DNA of 63,731 nt, the filler included, from Pirum gemmata (taxonomy: Eukaryota), in NCBI GenBank assembly GCA_002812295.1. It is 15 parts of 15 records of this genome, joined end to end, with 100 filler letters (N's around TTAATTAATTAA, not from the genome) between each part and the next. Parts side by side here need not be neighbours in the genome. Positions count along the whole stretch, not along the records: positions 60,400 to 63,731 come from PDIN01001854.1; 14 more parts are not named here. One strand, given 5' to 3'. Positions 61,953-63,731 of this stretch are shown in pieces. Positions within the stretch are counted from its first letter, which is position 1, and every line of letters starts with the position of its first letter. Below the pieces are notes generated by a model. That model was not told the DNA's origin, ran no database searches, and saw only the letters and a list, made by a program, of their open reading frames with translations. The position numbers were made by a program, and so were the translations under genes.

Positions 61953-62183
61953 TCGTCTATTTCATTACAGTTATCCCTTCTATCTTTAATTTGGTACCGC
62001 TCAATTGTATAATTGAACTTTTTTATAAATATAAAGGGTTAGGGTTAGGGTTAGGGTTAGGGTTAGGGTTAGGGTTAGGGTTAGGGTTAGGGTTAGGGTT
62101 AGGGTTGGGGTTAGGGTTAGGGTTAGGGTTTTGGTAAGTTTTTGAACTGGACAACACCCTATTGAAGCTATTGAAAAACACGA
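61953..62183. mobile_element. MITE family G copy containing a (TTAGGG)n block; other copies at ~25292-25459, ~54968-55135 reversed, ~10630-10716
   Basis: TA-TCGTCTATTTCA...TGAAAAACACGA-TA; shared gtataattgaactt and ttttgaactggac blocks. Confidence 0.7.
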
Positions 62184-62299
62184 TAATAATAGTAACCAAA
62201 AATATTAATTGTGATCATTGGTTTTTTAAAAAACTTATTTGTCTCTATGACGTAATTATTAAAACATTAATTTTAACCCTGAATTTTAACCAATAATTA

Positions 62300-62460
62300 G
62301 AGAGCGTTCAAATAGTACGTAACGCCAATTTCCGGTCAAATACAGCTTCAAATACCCCTACCTATTATACCTACCCTTCGACACTCCCTCAACGTTAATT
62401 TCCGGTCAAATACCACCTACCTACCTACCCCTTGACGTTACGTATTATTTGAGCGCCCCC
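62300..62460 (+). mobile_element. MITE family H, complete copy with TTA flanks (PIF/Harbinger-like)
   Basis: TTA-GAGAGCGTTCAAATAGTACGTAACG...CGTTACGTATTATTTGAGCGCCCCC-TTA. Confidence 0.8.
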
Positions 62461-63060
62461 TTATTAGAATTATTATGTTACATACACTTTATGAAATTAA
62501 TAAATTACATCATTATGACGCATTAATACCCTAACCCTAACCCTAACCCTAACCCTAACCCTAACCTTAACCCTAACCCTAACCTCTAACACTAACCCTA
62601 ACCCTAACCCTAACCCTAACCCTAACCCTAACCCTAACCCTAACCCTAACCTTAACCCTAACCCTAACCTTAACCTTAATCCTAAATACAGCTCTACCCG
62701 TATCCCCACCCCCAACGCTAACCCGAATATTAACTCATTTACCAAATATTAAAATGAAACAGCAATTAGTATTTAATTTAATAANNNNNNNNNNNNNNNN
62801 NNNNNNNNNNNNNGTTTTTTTTTTTTTTTTATCATAAACATTTTTTAATTAAACTACCAAAAAATAGCGACATCCGCCATATGAGCTCAAAATCCAAAAT
62901 ATTAAAATGATCCAATTTTAATATAAGTACTACCAAATTATTATGATTGTTTTAATAAATAAAACTTTATTATGAACCGATGGCTATATTTAAATATTAT
63001 TTGGCTAGTTAGGATTATAGGTTTTGAAAAAAAATGATTTCTACAGTTTATCCGACTTGG

Positions 63061-63091
<31 letters not shown>

Positions 63092-63117
63092 TTTAAAATA
63101 AAAATAATGAAAAAAAA

Positions 63118-63151
<34 letters not shown>

Positions 63152-63213
63152 TGGCTAAACTAAGTCTAAAAAAGGTAACTCAAATTTCTATTTGTCTATT
63201 TTTTTTTTAACTA

Positions 63214-63435
63214 ACAAGCTGGATAAAAATGGCAACATCTGCTTATGAGCTCAAAATCCAAAAAATCTCAAAATGATCCAATTTAAATAAAAATACTACC
63301 AAATTTTGAGAAATCAGCTAATTAAAAAAACTCTATTATGAACCAATGGCTAATTTTTGAAAATAATTTGGCTAGTTAAAAAATGTTTAGAAAAGAAGTC
63401 TAAAAAAATAATTTCTACAGTTTTATCCGGCTTGG
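63214..63435 (+). mobile_element. MITE family B, complete copy
   Basis: (A)CAAGCTGGATAAAA...TTTTATCCGGCTTGG. Confidence 0.85.
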
Positions 63436-63731
63436 TTATTAAAAAAAAAAAAGAAAGACGTAATGCGGTTACATTGATTTTTTTTGATTTTCGTTATAAA
63501 TAAATATGAACCAATGAGCGGTGATAAAATATTAGCGAATGTTCAAGTACTACGTAACGCCAATTTCCGGTTAAATACAGCTTCAAATACCCCCTATCTA
63601 CCTACCCCTCGACGTTAATATCCGGTCAAATGCCACCTATTTACCTACCCCTTGACGTGACGTCTGCTTTGTTTTTTTTAAAAAAAAAACGAGTTTTCGA
63701 GCCTATACATTAATTAAATAAGTTCGAAAAT

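Overview
Very AT-rich eukaryotic DNA (standard code, spliceosomal introns, TTAGGG telomere-type repeats, abundant microsatellites); a unicellular eukaryote, possibly a holozoan/ichthyosporean-like protist (inference only). The window is not one locus. It is about 15 short contigs (mostly ~3.9 kb) joined by 14 artificial 100-nt linkers (44 N + TTAATTAATTAA + 44 N), so gene order across linkers is meaningless. Recognisable genes: BT1/FBT folate-biopterin transporter, NADP-dependent zinc (cinnamyl-type) alcohol dehydrogenase, two paralogous LRR single-pass receptors with Tyr-motif tails, a small single-pass protein with an integrin-beta/Sib-like double NxxY/F tail, terminal exons of a tyrosinase and an amino-acid permease, PNGase A, a glyoxalase/VOC-like gene with a possible mitochondrial presequence, a three-exon GHKL ATPase-HExxH metallopeptidase fusion, a divergent pair of secreted paralogs ending in TIINNFF, a 900-aa secreted orphan and a possible transposase relic. 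Intergenic DNA holds about ten distinct MITE-like families. Most notable: the GHKL-protease gene followed by tandem degenerate copies of its protease-coding 3' end (the same 3'-end stuttering occurs at the tyrosinase); introns filled with telomere-like or simple repeats and bounded by 5-7 bp direct repeats, one absent from a paralog and one lacking a GT donor; and a telomere array replacing the middle of a MITE.
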